A stretch of DNA of 47,374 nt, filler included, from Sphacelaria rigidula (taxonomy: Eukaryota), in the NCBI GenBank assembly GCA_964200075.2. It is 2 parts of 2 records of this genome, joined end to end, with 100 filler letters (N's around TTAATTAATTAA, not from the genome) between each part and the next. Parts side by side here need not be neighbours in the genome. Positions count along the whole stretch, not along the records: positions 1 to 23,651 come from CAXNAA020000253.1; 1 more part is not named here. One strand, 5' to 3'. Position 1 is the stretch's first letter; each line of letters starts with the position of its first letter. The position numbers and the translations under genes are program-made. Shown piece after piece: positions 1-12,912 of this stretch. Below the pieces are notes generated by a model. It searched no databases and was not told the DNA's origin. It saw nothing but the letters and a program-made list of their open reading frames with translations.

Positions 1-16
1 CGCCCCACCCCGCGGG

Positions 17-48
17 TAGGGCTGGGGGGGGGGGTGGGGGGTGGGGGG

Positions 49-82
<34 letters not shown>
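17..82 (+). repeat. Poly-G / G-quadruplex-capable tract at the contig start
   Basis: Nearly uninterrupted G run of more than 55 nt. Confidence 0.9.
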
Positions 83-87
<5 letters not shown>

Positions 88-464
88 ACTACCACTGACG
101 AAAATCAGCATTGCCTTTCATACCGTGTCGTTAACGGGGCAACTCCTTCTTCAGCCCGAGAAAAAGGCCATAATATTTCTTTGGATGATGACGACACTGC
201 GCGACACTGCTACCCCAACACCTACCTGCCACACACAACACTACAACAGTACGTCCCCCCTACTATGCCCAACCCGAAGTCAACATGACACCGTGGCGAT
301 GTACAACAATGTAAATCGTATCATCAACCCGGGAGGACATCTGGGGCGGGGCTCAGCGTCCACGAGAGGGGGCTCCCAGCCGTACTTCCGCACAGCACTA
401 ATCTGTACGTGTGAGGGGGGGGAGAGGTACATGTGCACTCTGGTTTTTCCTGTGCCGTTCGAAG

Positions 465-590
465 CCAGTGGTTCTCACCTGTGGTTCCCACCCCATTTCC
501 TGCACGGGGGGAAAGCGGAGCCACGAACTTTGTCGCGGAAGCCATACTGCGTGACGTCATCAACGGCCTCTTCTCTCCAGAGACGGTGAT
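465..590 (+). CDS. Candidate internal exon of an unidentified gene (QWFSPVVPTPFPARGESGATNFVAEAILRDVINGLFSPETV)
   Basis: Pyrimidine tract with AG acceptor ending at 464 or 468. Consensus GTGAGT donor at 591. The frame is open but is not in the ORF track. Confidence 0.4.
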
Positions 591-1399
591 GTGAGTCTGG
601 GTCTCCTTCGCTTCTCTCTCACCACCTACCTACCTACCCCTTGTCATGCATGTAAAGAAGTGAAGGGGGGCGGGGCAGGCGAGAGTCCTGGGGGGAGGTC
701 AGGTCGTGGGGGTGGGGGGCGGGAGCGGGGGGTCTGCCAATGAACGACATTGGTTTTGTCTGTTCTGTCCAAGAGCGTCGTCTGCGCCTGCATCAAGAGA
801 AGGTTAGTTGTTTCGTTTAGTGTGGTTTGTGACTGCTCGTGTTGAAATGCATGACGTGCTGAATGATGAAGTGTCTGGCGATTTGTGGAGAGCTTGTGTT
901 GCGTATGTTTTCTGTGCCATGTGTTCATTCTTCCGGCTAGACGAAGAAAGTCTGGCGTCGAGAGGTGAACTTCTGTTTTTCTTTTTTCATGTTGTGTCGG
1001 GGGGTGTTGGCCGCTGCGGCAGAGTGGGGAAACCGTGATCGGAAGGGAATCATACTTTCGGTAGTTCCGTTGTCAAGTCCAGTCACAAACGTCTCACTCC
1101 TGGGGATGGAGATTTGAGGCGAATTTTGTGTCAAGAGTCCCCTTGGAGGATAAGGGGTACCATAGGTCGCTACGAGAACAGTAGAACAAGCCATGTTCAT
1201 GATCCACATGACAGTCTCGTGGGCAGGGGGTCTGCTGATGTCACGGTAGAGCTTGCGCGAGAAGATGTGAGAATTACACATAAGAGTGTTGTATAAGTAA
1301 ATCTTCGAGTAACTTTGGAGCAGTAGTGCAGTAGAACAAGAAGCACCAATGTAAACGATTAGCGATACATTAATTACTCTGTAGTCCCCCCCTCCCCAT

Positions 1400-1495
1400 G
1401 ATCCTGCAAAAACCCGGCGTGCTCCGTTCCGGCTCAGCAGGGATGAGAGGTCAATGGTCGTATGGCTACTGCATGCAAGATCATGGGTACACCCC
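1400..1495 (-). repeat. Dispersed repeat family A (GGGGTGTAC.CATGATCTTGCATG... terminus), copy 1
   Basis: Aligns over ~95 nt with 14210-14313 (same strand) and with 3283-3339 plus 3841-3900 (opposite strand). Confidence 0.75.
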
Positions 1496-1873
1496 GCTTC
1501 CTCCCAGGGCACCAGTGCTGTCTCGAAAGGGATGCGTGGTCAATAGCTGAATGACTGAGGTAGTCAAGATCGTGAGTACGCCCCTCCCCCCGGGCGCCGT
1601 TTTGATCGGCTGAAGGGGAAAATTTCCCTGTTCTATGTAGGTGGAATGTAGTATGACTGCAAAATCGGGTTACCGCACGTGCTACACGTAGTCGCCTTGT
1701 CCTGGTGGTTCATGTGGTATCTCTTGAGTGGTTGGGGCGGAAAATTGAGGTTCCAAATCTCGGGTGATGAACGTTCTAAGAAGGATCCGCTCCCCGTAGT
1801 TGAGTCGTTGGGACGTGAGTACGGAAGAAACATTTGCTTGATGGTTGTCAGCGCGGGGCGAAAATGTTGACGC

Positions 1874-1977
1874 AATCCGCGACACTGGAATGTCGGGCGT
1901 GTACCGGGAGAGGGACGGGTTGATCCCTTGTGACTGTAGACTCGACCCCAGGAAGGGAAGGGGATGACTCTGGAGTA
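1874..1977 (+). repeat. Retroposon 3'-tail repeat family, copy 1
   Basis: CAATCCGCGA...GGCGTGTA.CGGG...TGATCC.TTG...CCC.AGGAAGGG..GGG, shared with 33546-33660 and 22972-23072. Confidence 0.6.
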
Positions 1978-3282
1978 TGACGAATATGTACAACTGTAGG
2001 TATATGTATACGGAGGTATCCGTCAATTTCAAGGGTGAGTTGGGTAGGGTAAAACCCGGGTATTTACTCTGGCGAGTTCCGTGTTGCGGTGGTCCGATCT
2101 TTAAACTCTACCCAGATGAAGGGTAGAGTTACGTACGATCCCAGTACTCTACTCGACATCTGGGTAGTGTCGAGCATAATCTCAACCCTCTGCCCGAGTT
2201 ATGGGTACTTGGAGTCTCGAGTATAGGAAATACCTTACCTAGCACACGCTTGGTCAATTCGCCGCGGCCACCCATGAGCACCAAAATGATTTGGTTGACT
2301 GGTCGATACTCGGACATGCAGTGGTCCGCTGCGAATATAGCAATGGTAACAAAGTAGATGTGTTGTTCGGAAATATGCCGTCGAGATCTTTAGAGAAGTG
2401 CATATCATGGCGAAGAAAGAGGGTATTGTCTTACAGAGAAAATCAATGCTTACCTTCAATTCCGTCGCCTTGCTTAGTGCTATACTACGTGTAGCATCTG
2501 TAAGGAGTGCAGAGGGTCCCGTGTCGGGGCAAAGAGTAGTTACGGTAGTAGGTAGAGGAAGATATCCTGGAGACTACGACCTCCCGTCGAAAAGATTTTG
2601 GTTTAACTCCTTGAGAGCTCAGAAGCATACATCTGTTTGTTGAAATATCGCCATGTATACGTGAGGGATGGCGTGTCAGATCCGCTCGCAGATGCCCAGC
2701 TGCGTGAACGCCTCAAGGGTTAACCTCGCCGATTTTTTTACGCAAACATCGGTCGTGAGTTCATGGTTTGGAGCTACCGTACTCGCGACTATGTGATGAA
2801 CGCATTGGAGTAAGGCAAGGGACTCAGAGGGGTATGCTATTCTGTGTTGTGAAGGTCACTGGTTGAAGTGCGAAGGAGACTACTCCAGGTTTGACTTCTT
2901 TTTCCATGGACATGGACATGGGGTGGGGTGCTGTTCTCCTGCTGTCGCCTACGCTACTATAGGGGGACGTGTGTATCGTGGGGGATGGAGAGTGGCCAAC
3001 TTTCGGGTGAAATGCTCTCGTACGTGAATTATCCGGAAACCCGCAATGGTCGCTCCACGTGACCGAACACACGTTGAAGCTTTTCTTGGGAAAAATGACG
3101 TAGTTGTACGAGGACGAGATCTCTCATGAGTACGTGCATCTGGTTTTTCTTTTTTCGCTCGCAAAAAATTGAGCGGATTCAATTCGTTGCCAAGAAGTCT
3201 TCGTTTGTGCTCGTCGCCTGCGGTTGGGCTCGGGAGGGGGTAGCGTTAACCGGTCCTGCAGGGTCTGGGAGTGCGCGCGCGA

Positions 3283-3900
3283 GGGGGTGTACTCAACTCA
3301 TGATCTTGCATGCCGTAGTCTTATGATCATTGATCTCGCGGGTGCAAGGGGCAAGACTGAAGGGAAATGTTGCACACCCTGGACAATGTCAATGGATGAC
3401 ATTGTCAAGAAGTGTACCGCGTACAGTGTGGAACTTATTATCTTTGACAAGAGACGCAATAGTCGATCCTGTACATGATGGACTTTTTGTCAGAGTAATC
3501 TTCTGTTGAGGGTTTGAAACATTGCCACTCCTGTACTTATGTTGCGCTTTTCGATGTGAGCGATGGAAGACTAGCAACAGTTTTTGTGGAGGTGTGGAGG
3601 TAGATTTTGCTGTGAGGTTCGGAATAGTTTCTTTATGATATGGGGGCAACACTGTGAGTGATGGGTGGGTAGGATGTGAGGTGTGCAGGTATATATTGCT
3701 GTGGGGTTTTGAAGCACTTTTTCATGGGATGAGGGCAATACTGCACACCCTGGACAGTATATGGTCAATAGATTCAATAGACAAGAAGTGTACTGCATAA
3801 AGGATGGGCTTATTTTGCCTCCTCGCATTATGCAGTACACTTGACCTCGCATTCCTACGAAGCCGGGACGGACTATGCCGGGTTTTCGCCCGACCAGGAT
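3283..3900 (+). mobile_element. Family A copy split by inserted family B elements (nested transposon remnants)
   Basis: Family A 5' part at 3283-3339 and its continuation at 3841-3900 flank two CACACCCTGGACA-starting family B fragments (3373 and 3744). Confidence 0.65.
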
Positions 3901-5779
3901 CGCAATTACCCAAGCGCGGAGCGCCGAATGGTGTTCGGCGAGTCGCATGAAGGATGGGCGCGAGGGGGGTTGCCTTACGCTTCGAAGTGGACAATAGCGT
4001 TGTGTTGGGCCATTCAGTGGGTGTTGGTGATTGCTCATCAGAGCCCCGAGAATAAGACACGGCACAGGGTGAAGCCGGAGCCGGTGCGTTTGCGGACATG
4101 ACTCCTCCTGAAAACAGTCGTTTTGCACCGTGTGGCTTGAGTTGGTACATGTCTGTCCAGGCGGATCCTCGAGAGAAGAGGGCATCGCAGAAGCGATCCT
4201 CGATGCTGGCAAAGTGTTGTGTTATCGCTTCGTCGATTTGGAGGAAGCTAGAAGAAAGGATGGGTGAGCGAGGGCGGTTCGATAGGGCACACACGGTAGT
4301 GCAGTTAACACTATGGATTGCTTCTGAGATCTCCGTGCTTGAGTGTCGACGACATTTGACTCGGTTGTGCTGACGTCGGTCTAAGTCGTGCCCGCGGTTA
4401 TCAGACGTTTTTTCGACAAGTTTGTGGGAGGTTGTTAGGGTACAGGGTACGAGGGTGATGCAATTATACCCGTTTTCCATGGTTGGGTGAGGTGGGGCGG
4501 TGCATGCTATGGCGTTGAACGTGCGCTTACATCGCGTACATATATTGATGACGTAAGCACACTCTTGTCAAACCCGTGTATCATATCATATCATGTATCA
4601 CGCAAATGTACACTTATGTGCCCACGAATATCGCACTAATTGTAGTATAGAGTTGAGCGTGTGACGTTGTGACGCTCATGATTGTTTTTCCCGGGGCAAA
4701 TGCCCTGTCGAAAAACACTGAGTAGTTTTTTTGTTCCCAGTTGATATCCTGGGTACGTGATGTAGTGAGTACTGTCGGCAGTTGATACTCGGGGCACTCT
4801 GAAATATTCAGTGTTTTCGGCAGTAGACCCCTCCAGGTCCCGTAGAAACTCAGCGCTGCGGATACCCTGGACACTAGGTTGTGATACAGTATAGGGTTCG
4901 GCTACAGTGGAGGGTCCCACTATTGTGCGGTAGGTTGCCAACCTGGTATGACCGCACTATTGTGGGACCTCCGCACTGTGCTGGTATACTACGAATTATT
5001 GACACTAGTGTAGTGGACCTGAGGAAAGCGATGTTGACTGACTGCACTGTAAAGGGACCCCCGCACGGTAGAGGAAGCAACCGCATCGTTGTGTGAAGTC
5101 CGTTGTATTCTCGCTTACCCTATGCAAGAGTTCGGCTGCACCGATTGTGACGCACAGTAGCAGTAGTTGGAGGAGATTGCGAGCTCTCCACTAAACCGTG
5201 GTATACAGTATATACCGAGAGCCCGGACGCGTCAGTGCTTCGTATGGAGAGGTTTAGGGTTGCGAGAATCGGCGTGTTTGTGTTGGACGGGTAGCTCGCG
5301 GAGTGTGACCTGACGGGGATGACGTGACGAGGATGTCTCCCGTTTTACCTTTTTATTGTTTGTTACACACAGGGCGTGGCGGATGTCGTCCTTGCTGCAA
5401 AGTAATGACGAAGGAAGGAGGTCGTCTTGAAGCAATTTGTTTCCAGCTGAAGCGTAAGTTCCAAGTGTTTCCCCAACGGATATCTTGGAACATCGGGAGG
5501 GAGTCATGACATACGCAGCAAGCGTGCCCTCCAGGGGATTTTCCGGTATCTCGATTCCGAGAGAAGTCGTTGTATTGTAGAGAGACTTCTCTGTTCATTG
5601 AGTCGTTCGTTTTTTTTAATCTTTTTTCTTTAGTGAGCGTTCCCGTTTTGTTCACCTTGAGTACGTGTATCTCGTCACCATAGCTGGGAACCCTAAGGAA
5701 TCTGTTCGTGTGCGACGATCAATCAATCGATCGATCGATCATCATTTGGCGTCGTTCCTGGGGAAGATTGTATCTGATG

Positions 5780-5949
5780 CACACATTGCACAATATACGC
5801 TCAATAGTTGCAATAGACAAGAAACGTACTGCATAAAGTATAGGGATTTCGCGACTATTGTCGGCCGGTAATAGTTACAATAGGCCTAAACTTTATGCAG
5901 TACACTCCTCGTCTACTGCATCTATTGACCATATATTGTCCGGGGTGTG
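5780..5949. mobile_element. MITE-like element with ~65-nt imperfect terminal inverted repeats (family B, CACAC...GTGTG)
   Basis: The left arm CACA...CAATATA...CAATAG...TAGAC...GTACTGCATAAAG is the reverse complement of the right arm CTTTATGCAGTAC...GTCTA...CTATTGA...TATATTGT...GTGTG. The same terminus occurs at 3744. Confidence 0.75.
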
Positions 5950-6683
5950 ATATGATGTACTTGCGCCATCGTTGAACGGATGTGCAAAATGGTTGAAGAA
6001 GACATGAATGGTTCCTCAAGGGTTGGTGAACGGGGCTTGGTGTTCGGTTGTTGCAACCATGACGCATGCGTTCACTTTTCAGAATCCATGACATTCCCGA
6101 GTTTCGTTCTCTCCGGGTACCTCTGCACCATATGCACGTACGCCGTGGTTTCGCCCCGTGCCTTGGGCATGCAAGGCAAGCGCTGGAGCATCGCACAACA
6201 CTGTGTTTTTGCATATCCCTTGACTTGACTATTTTGGGTTGAGTTTGAGGTAGTAAGTCTTGAGTAGAAGACATGATGAACGCTCCGCCACACGCATGAA
6301 AGCTTTTTCCAAGGTGTACATGCCCTTCTCGACAGCCCAATTTCAAGGGCGAAATGATGCTCAGAGTATCGGGTGGTGGCTGTTATCAGCGCTATCTAGG
6401 CTCTATCATCACCGGCGTTCGAAGTTTTCGCTATTGAAATGATGACTGCAGGTTAATCGTGGCCCCTCTCTTCACGTCACCCTTCTCTCCCCCGTTGACC
6501 GGCGCTTTCCGCTCTTATCCCACTCGATCTACAGGAAGTTACTGGGGTGCCAGATCTGCAGTCACAACATGGGTGTCATCCACAGCAGTGCAATCGCCTC
6601 TAATGCCGTCCTTGAGCCGATAGATGCGGCCGCCGTGCGAAAATGGTGGGATTTCGATAACTACCGGCGAGACTGTTCATCCC

Positions 6684-7300
6684 GTCATAACCAAACCGAC
6701 GTGGCTAGGTGTTGAAAACGGGTGCGGGCCAATTGCGACCTGACAGACGTTGTCCAATGCCGCCACCGGGTCCCTAGTCAGCGCGACGGACCATCTCCGT
6801 CGGTGAAGGAAGAGGCCGCGGGTTGACTGCGTCTGGCCAGACCCTCACCGACGCCGCTACGGCGCCCTTCATCAGCGCGACGAACCATTCGGTTAGATGA
6901 CGGAAACGACAGCGGACCAATTGCGATTGACCGGATGCTGTCGGACGCCGCTAAAGCCTCCGTCCTCAGCGCGATTTATCATGCAAGCGTTTGACGGAGA
7001 ACGGCTGCGGGCTATTTGTGATTGGCCAGACGCTGTGGGACGCCGCAACTGCGCCCTTCGTCAGCCCGACATAGCATCTGATGGGGTGGCGAAAATGGCT
7101 GCGGGTCGATAGTGACTCGCCAGACACATCCGACGCCGCCACCGCGCCCTTTCTCACCACGACGGATCATCTGATTGAGTGACGGAATCCATCGACCGGA
7201 TATGACTGGTTTGAATCGGCCGCCGCGCCCAAGGCGCGGCCCATCATCTGACTGGGTAACAGGACCAGCCGGCCAAAATGTGATCGATCCGGCCCACGAG
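6684..7300. repeat. Diverged tandem array, unit ~94 bp, about 6-7 copies
   Basis: TCAGCGCGAC-like motif at 6778, 6872, 6966, 7061, 7154. GACGCCGC at 6850, 6944, 7039, 7132. Confidence 0.85.
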
Positions 7301-8499
7301 GAACCTGTGTTGCGACATCATCTTACCGATTGCGGCGCGGCTAGCAGTGTGTCGAATGTGTACTGTTGAACACGATGAGGCCCTTATGCGCCCTACTGTA
7401 CGTTCGTTGAATGAACATCAAGGACGGGGGGCGGCGGGGGGGGGCGCTACGGCGCTCTACATGGTGTGCCGTGGGTTACAAGACAAGGCTACACCACAAC
7501 ACCCCCAGCGACGGATTGCAAGATGAACCTCAGCTTTCTTGGGACACCACCGCGGAGGTCGTTTCTTGTGATGCGCTGGATGGAACTCGCTGTGTCGTTT
7601 TGAGGTTTATGTAATGTTCAGAGTGCGGACGGGTCCTTCCTATTACGAAAATCGGCCGCGGAAGATCTTCCATCACGGTGGGGTGCCATGATCTGCCATA
7701 TACTCTACAGCATAGTTTCATTGTCATGGCAACCGGCTTTGGTACCCACACCATGTTTTGGGGGCTGTGCGCCAGAGAACTTTACCGTGCTCTCTCAACA
7801 ATTTTTTGCTGGAAAGGAAAGAGGAGCACCGAAATTTTGGTTGCGCGCTGCCCTCCACGGACCCTGTCCGTGTACACTTTTTGCTCCCCGGTAGACCGTT
7901 GCACAAGAGAATCCTTGTTGTTCTAATCGGTTGTTGGGCAAGTGGTGTATCATTCCGACCTCCATTTCGAGAGGAAAGGGGGGCGAGGGGGTTACCCCGT
8001 GTGTTGAATATATGCCTTGTTTCCTTTGGAGGGCCGAGCGTTCTGGGGAGCATGGAAGTTGGGGTATTTTTTGGTGTGACAGATGGCTTCGCTGTTGAAC
8101 CAAATGTCTCTGAGAGTGCTGAGCATTCAAGAGGGGAAATGGGGCATCAAAATACCCGAAGGAGGCGTTTGACACCCGTGCCAACTGTAATCGGCAAGGG
8201 CCGTCGAGAATAGTGGAGTGCTTTCTGGACGTGATAACACAAAATCGCCGATACTGTTGGAATACTGGCAAAGGGCTCCGCCCAACAGGCGCCGTGAGCC
8301 TGGTAGATGAGCTCGGATGAAAGATGGAAATGGTTGGTTGTCGAGGGGGTACTGCCCCTAATCGTGTAAAGGGGGTAGGTACTCGTGACCTTGCATTCCC
8401 CCGCCAGCTGGACCATCCGCCACGCGTTCTCGAGAGGACGGAGCATTGTCCAATACTGTAGGGTACATGTCATACCACGGGTACTTTGCATCGCATTTC

Positions 8500-8518
8500 T
8501 ATATATATATATATATAT
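8500..8518. repeat. (TA)n microsatellite
   Basis: About nine TA units. Confidence 0.9.
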
Positions 8519-11500
8519 GTCTCGGCTGATCTATGCGCTAGGTCGATTTCTACAGAGTTTTTTGGGGGTACGTTGGATACCATCTTTCACGTAATAACCT
8601 TGGGTGATGACTTTGTGAGCCCTAAAAGTAATCACTCGAGTTGTTCCACTGCGTGTGTAAAGCCTACGGCTAGAGCGATGACCGATGATCGGTCATGCAC
8701 TCTTGCTTTGCCAGAAGAAAATGGCTATAATATGGGCTGGGCGGGAGGAATGTGCAGATATTTTGGTCCTATTCGAGGACGAGAAACTCTCCCTGTTCGG
8801 AGCTTGCGAAGGTCAGGATACGGTACTAGGTTCTCCTGGATACCCTGGTTTCCCTTCGTATTTTTAGTACGAAGGATCCCAGGGGTATCCGGCATCATGA
8901 CTGCCTCTAGTACCGAGTATTTCAGAGTACACCTGAAATGCCGAGTTGTATCAGTGCCGCACCGGCACCATCGTTGAAACCGTGCTCTGTCACCCTCTCG
9001 AGAGCTCGGTGATAAGCAGGGAGTGAAAAGTGCTGTAGTTCTCATGACAATGGCCAGGGATTGTTTTGCTGGGACAACTGGGTGGATACGGTGTGTGTGG
9101 AGAAGTTGGTATAGCGGGGATTCCCCCTTATCTCACGTTTGACCGTATTTCGATAGTTTCACTGAGGACCAGCGTGTTGAATGATGGTGCCTCGTGTGGG
9201 GAAACGTTGATTGAAGGCAAGGGCAGGGACCTGGGAACGCTCCTGCTGCTGGAATCACCGAGAAATGGCTTGAGCGCATGTGTCGTGCACGGTGCTTTGG
9301 CTCCTCGTTTTTTGTCGTGTTGTGTAACGGCAACAACCACACGTCGTTCTTGAGTGGAAAGCGGCGAATCACTCGTGGATTCAGGCGCAACTCTTTCCCG
9401 AGTTTTCCCTTCGCTAAGTTTTTCCCGTTATCCACCTTGGATACGTCCATCTCGGGCACTGTGGCTAGATTCCTAGCGGATCAGATAACGTGCGGCACAA
9501 CCAACCATCCAATCGGTCAATCAGTTGATAAAAGCACGTGTTGAACCCATCGCTCGATGTGTTCGTTTCCTTGTGTGCCTACCCACTACGGAAACTCCGT
9601 TACTTCAGTTTTTCTTCACAGTACCAGTTGCTCTCGTATTCGAATATCCCCCCCCCCAACGCCTCGCACTCACTTGAAAGGGTATTATCCTTTGACCGCC
9701 GTCGGAGTAGCTCGTCCGCTGAATCGGCATGGTCTTCACGTGAGAACATAAATGGAAGACCAACATAGCCCACCCGGGCAGTCAGAAGTCAGAAGCGATT
9801 TAAGTAGAGCCGTTATGGGATTAATGCACCGTTTATCTCGGCTTGGTGGCTGCACACCATGATCTAGATTCAGACGGCGTCGTCCGCGTGGGAGAAGTAA
9901 CAGCGCCGGCGTGCTCCCGTGTTTTGTCGGGTTTGGAGGTGGGGAAGGGGGGAGGGAAGGGTGTGCTCTACAGTGTATGATGTATACCGTCGCGGGCGGG
10001 TCGTTTTTTTAGGCCCGCGAGCTCATCACTGGTCGATCGTATTACAGGAGGGATCGTACTTAAACGTACTCGGGGGCAATGCTACGGCTACCGGCATGGT
10101 GCCGACAATAGACCGAAATTCATTCCTAGGGGGAATTTGTTTTTCAAGGAGTCGTGGACTGCAACCGTACCGGTGATAATCAGCCGTGAACCTACGTGCG
10201 GTGGTGGCGCGATGCAGTCTCTGTATGTATCCGTGTAAATATACAGATATGATAACTTACTAACCGAATCTCGGAACGCTTTTTATTTTGGGGGTCGCCG
10301 GCTCGGTGCCCGCGGAAGCTAGCGACATGTGTCCTCGGTTACCGGGTGCCACGGGTGGTATGGGGGAGAGATCGTCGAACTTTGCGGTGTTGGTTTGTTT
10401 TTACTCTTTTATTGTGGGGGAACTCGTCGCTCTGCAGGAGGGACTGCGTGTTTTCGTTGCTGCCAGTTGCGTAAGCTTCGTGTCGCCCCCTATTTCGAGT
10501 GTAATTGAGTGAGTGCTGATGTCTCTTCACCGTGGATCCGTGTATCTTTGGGGCAAGAACTAGATTGCTCGGGAGTCAGATAATACACGGGAATCGATTC
10601 ACCAATCAATCCAAGATTTTTACGGGCTTGACGGGCAACAACTTCGCTATTTTTGTTCACCACCCCCTGCCCCCCCTCCTCCATTCTGTGTACGTACAAA
10701 GTTCTTCTGCGCACGGTGATACTTGGTACCGCACTCTAATGCGCTGAGCCTGCCTGTAGCGTCAACCTACCTCGATGCATTGATGTAGATGGATGTAGAT
10801 CGGAGATGTCTAACGAAAAACTCTTCACGTCGGTGTATTCACTGAGCTGTTTTTTGCTCATGTTTTCCTTTTTTTTTGCTCATGTTTTCCCTCACTGCGT
10901 GATTATTCAAGTTTTGCTTGTCATGGGATTTTGTCTTGGAGAATGGCTGGCTTGCGGGTAAATCTGGTTTCCCTGGCTCTTGATCGGGAAACAGCCCGTG
11001 GTTTTTGGCGGGGCGGGAGGGTACTACGCGTTTCTGTCGCTTTCATCTTGTCTTCGTGCTTCATCGGAATGTATTTGAAGGGAATGAGTCAAGAAAGATG
11101 AATGATGCCTAGAGTGGGGGAGAGGCGAAGAGAGCAAGGACTTGGTTTGTAGGGGAAGAGCAAGAACGAGCATCCGCGACAGTTGATTAGTCGGCTGTCT
11201 TCTGTTGGTTGACTGATGGTCGCACATTAGCGAACCCACAACGAAACCGAGATATTGGGGTCACGAGAGAGCTGTGTCCGAAGTAAATACACGGGAGACA
11301 ACAGCACTCGCCTAATTGCACTTGGAGTAAAAAGGGGGCAATCAATGAACGTGAGATGACAGACCTTGAGCAGACGTGGAAGCTGGGCTGAAGTTACGTA
11401 TGTATCGCATGATGAGCACGTGGCTCACGTTTCAAGGTCCAGATACGGCAGCACATACCCTTGAGTTGTGACAGAGGGGTTACCTTTGAGCATTTGGTGG

Positions 11501-12047
11501 TGCGTTCATTGCGAGATCCCCGTGGGGAATATGGATGTGGAGATATTGCGATCCCTTGAGGCGCACAGCGCACGATTGGGGCGACCGGAGTTGTCCGCAG
11601 CGTTGGGTTTTCGCCAAAAAAATATCCCGCAGGATTTCTCTGTGCCACGCTTTGCGGTGTCGTGTTTCGTGTTTCATGCTATTTGGGGCGCATGTGGCTC
11701 GTTGCCCCTCCATGATTGCCGCACAGGTATGTGCTCAGGAGGCCGGTCGAACTACCATACAGAGTAAAGCCATGCGGTCGGGCTGGTCGGAATTTACTCG
11801 GGGCCGTCTCTAGATCTTAGCCTGACGTACTTTTTACTCTTCTTTTTTACCTCCCCTTCCTTCCCCCTTGTTTCTCAGCTTACTCTGTCGTCTCCTTTCT
11901 GTTTTATCTTGTCCATGTTCCCCCCTTTCATTGAGGGTTTCCATTCGCCTGCCTCGGGATACATTCACACGCATCTTGCGACACTTTCTGGATTCGAACT
12001 TTAGCGGGCCAGTTTCAGTGTTCGACAGGCCATTTATTAACCAATCA

Positions 12048-12590
12048 GTGGCTGGCGGTGTAACTGGTCCACCAATTAACGCGGGGGTGCGAAGAGATGA
12101 CAGGTTCGAATCCCGAGAGACATGATTTTCTCCAAGAGCAAAATCTGATATCCATCATTGAAAACGTGAGAACGCCAACGGAGTGCAGAAAACATCAAGG
12201 TTGTGTTGTGTCAAAATAGGGTATACCCGAAAGTGGGGGATATTTGGTCGGCATAGCAGACCATACCGAGATGTGAGGGTATCGAGCCCTGTTCCGAATA
12301 ATCCGATATGGTCCGGAAGGATATTCACGGTTAAAACATCCATCTTTTTATCTCTGCACACAGCCTACTTTTGGTTGGTATACCCTTCAGAACACAATCT
12401 TGGAAGATCCGTCGAGAGTGGATGAAGCAGTGCGGGACTGCGGTGTTGATGCAATCTGCGATCGAACAAAATGTCACGCATGTGCCGGGGGAAAATATGG
12501 GTTGATTGATCTAGATCTTTTACAACTACGTAGTAGTCTCGAGGAAGGGGAAGGGGAATGCTAGAGCGTATGGCGTCAAAAGAGAAAAAA
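12048..12590 (+). mobile_element. tRNA-derived SINE-like element, probably interrupted by another repeat
   Basis: A-box-like TGGCGGTGTAACTGG (~12053) and B box GGTTCGAATCCC (12103-12114). Ends in GGAAGGGGAATGCTAGAG and an A-rich tail near 12590, similar to the 3' end of the 18921-19122 SINE. Confidence 0.55.
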
Positions 12591-12912
12591 CAGGAGCCTT
12601 TGAGAGGTTACCTTGTACGAAAAAAAGGCGGATATCCCGTTTGAAGCGTTCGAACGCGCACCACGGGGAGAGTCGCGTTTCTTACGGATGCGGTGCAATA
12701 GATTCCGTATAAGATGCGCGGTGAAACCGTCAGATTCTGTGGTGAGGGAGGGGATACAACTGAAATTTGTGTTGCGCGGTTGATTTGATTTAATTTTTTT
12801 TTTATCGATGCGATCGATTGATCGACTGTCGCATATCAACGGTCCCCTTTGAATCCAGCTGCTGCTACACGATGGACGACGCAGCATGAGGTGAAAAAAA
12901 ATGGGAATATTC

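Noticed and set aside
34..589. Poly-Gly ORFs at the window start
   Set aside because: Produced by the poly-G tract. Only 465-590, in a different frame, looks like an exon.
3722..4480. 252-aa minus-strand ORF, the longest in the window
   Set aside because: Its 3' end reads through families A and B repeats and I recognise no motif. Part may be a decayed element gene, but no product can be supported.
6684..7300. CRISPR-like repeat-spacer array
   Set aside because: Similarity runs along the whole unit. There are no identical repeats, no unique spacers and no cas genes, and the context is eukaryotic.
8486..8977. VRRIP peptide resembling the end of a DWNN domain
   Set aside because: It lies within a dispersed GGATACC/GTATTTCAG-rich repeat (also near 4740-4875 and 14610-14770) and has no upstream DWNN similarity.
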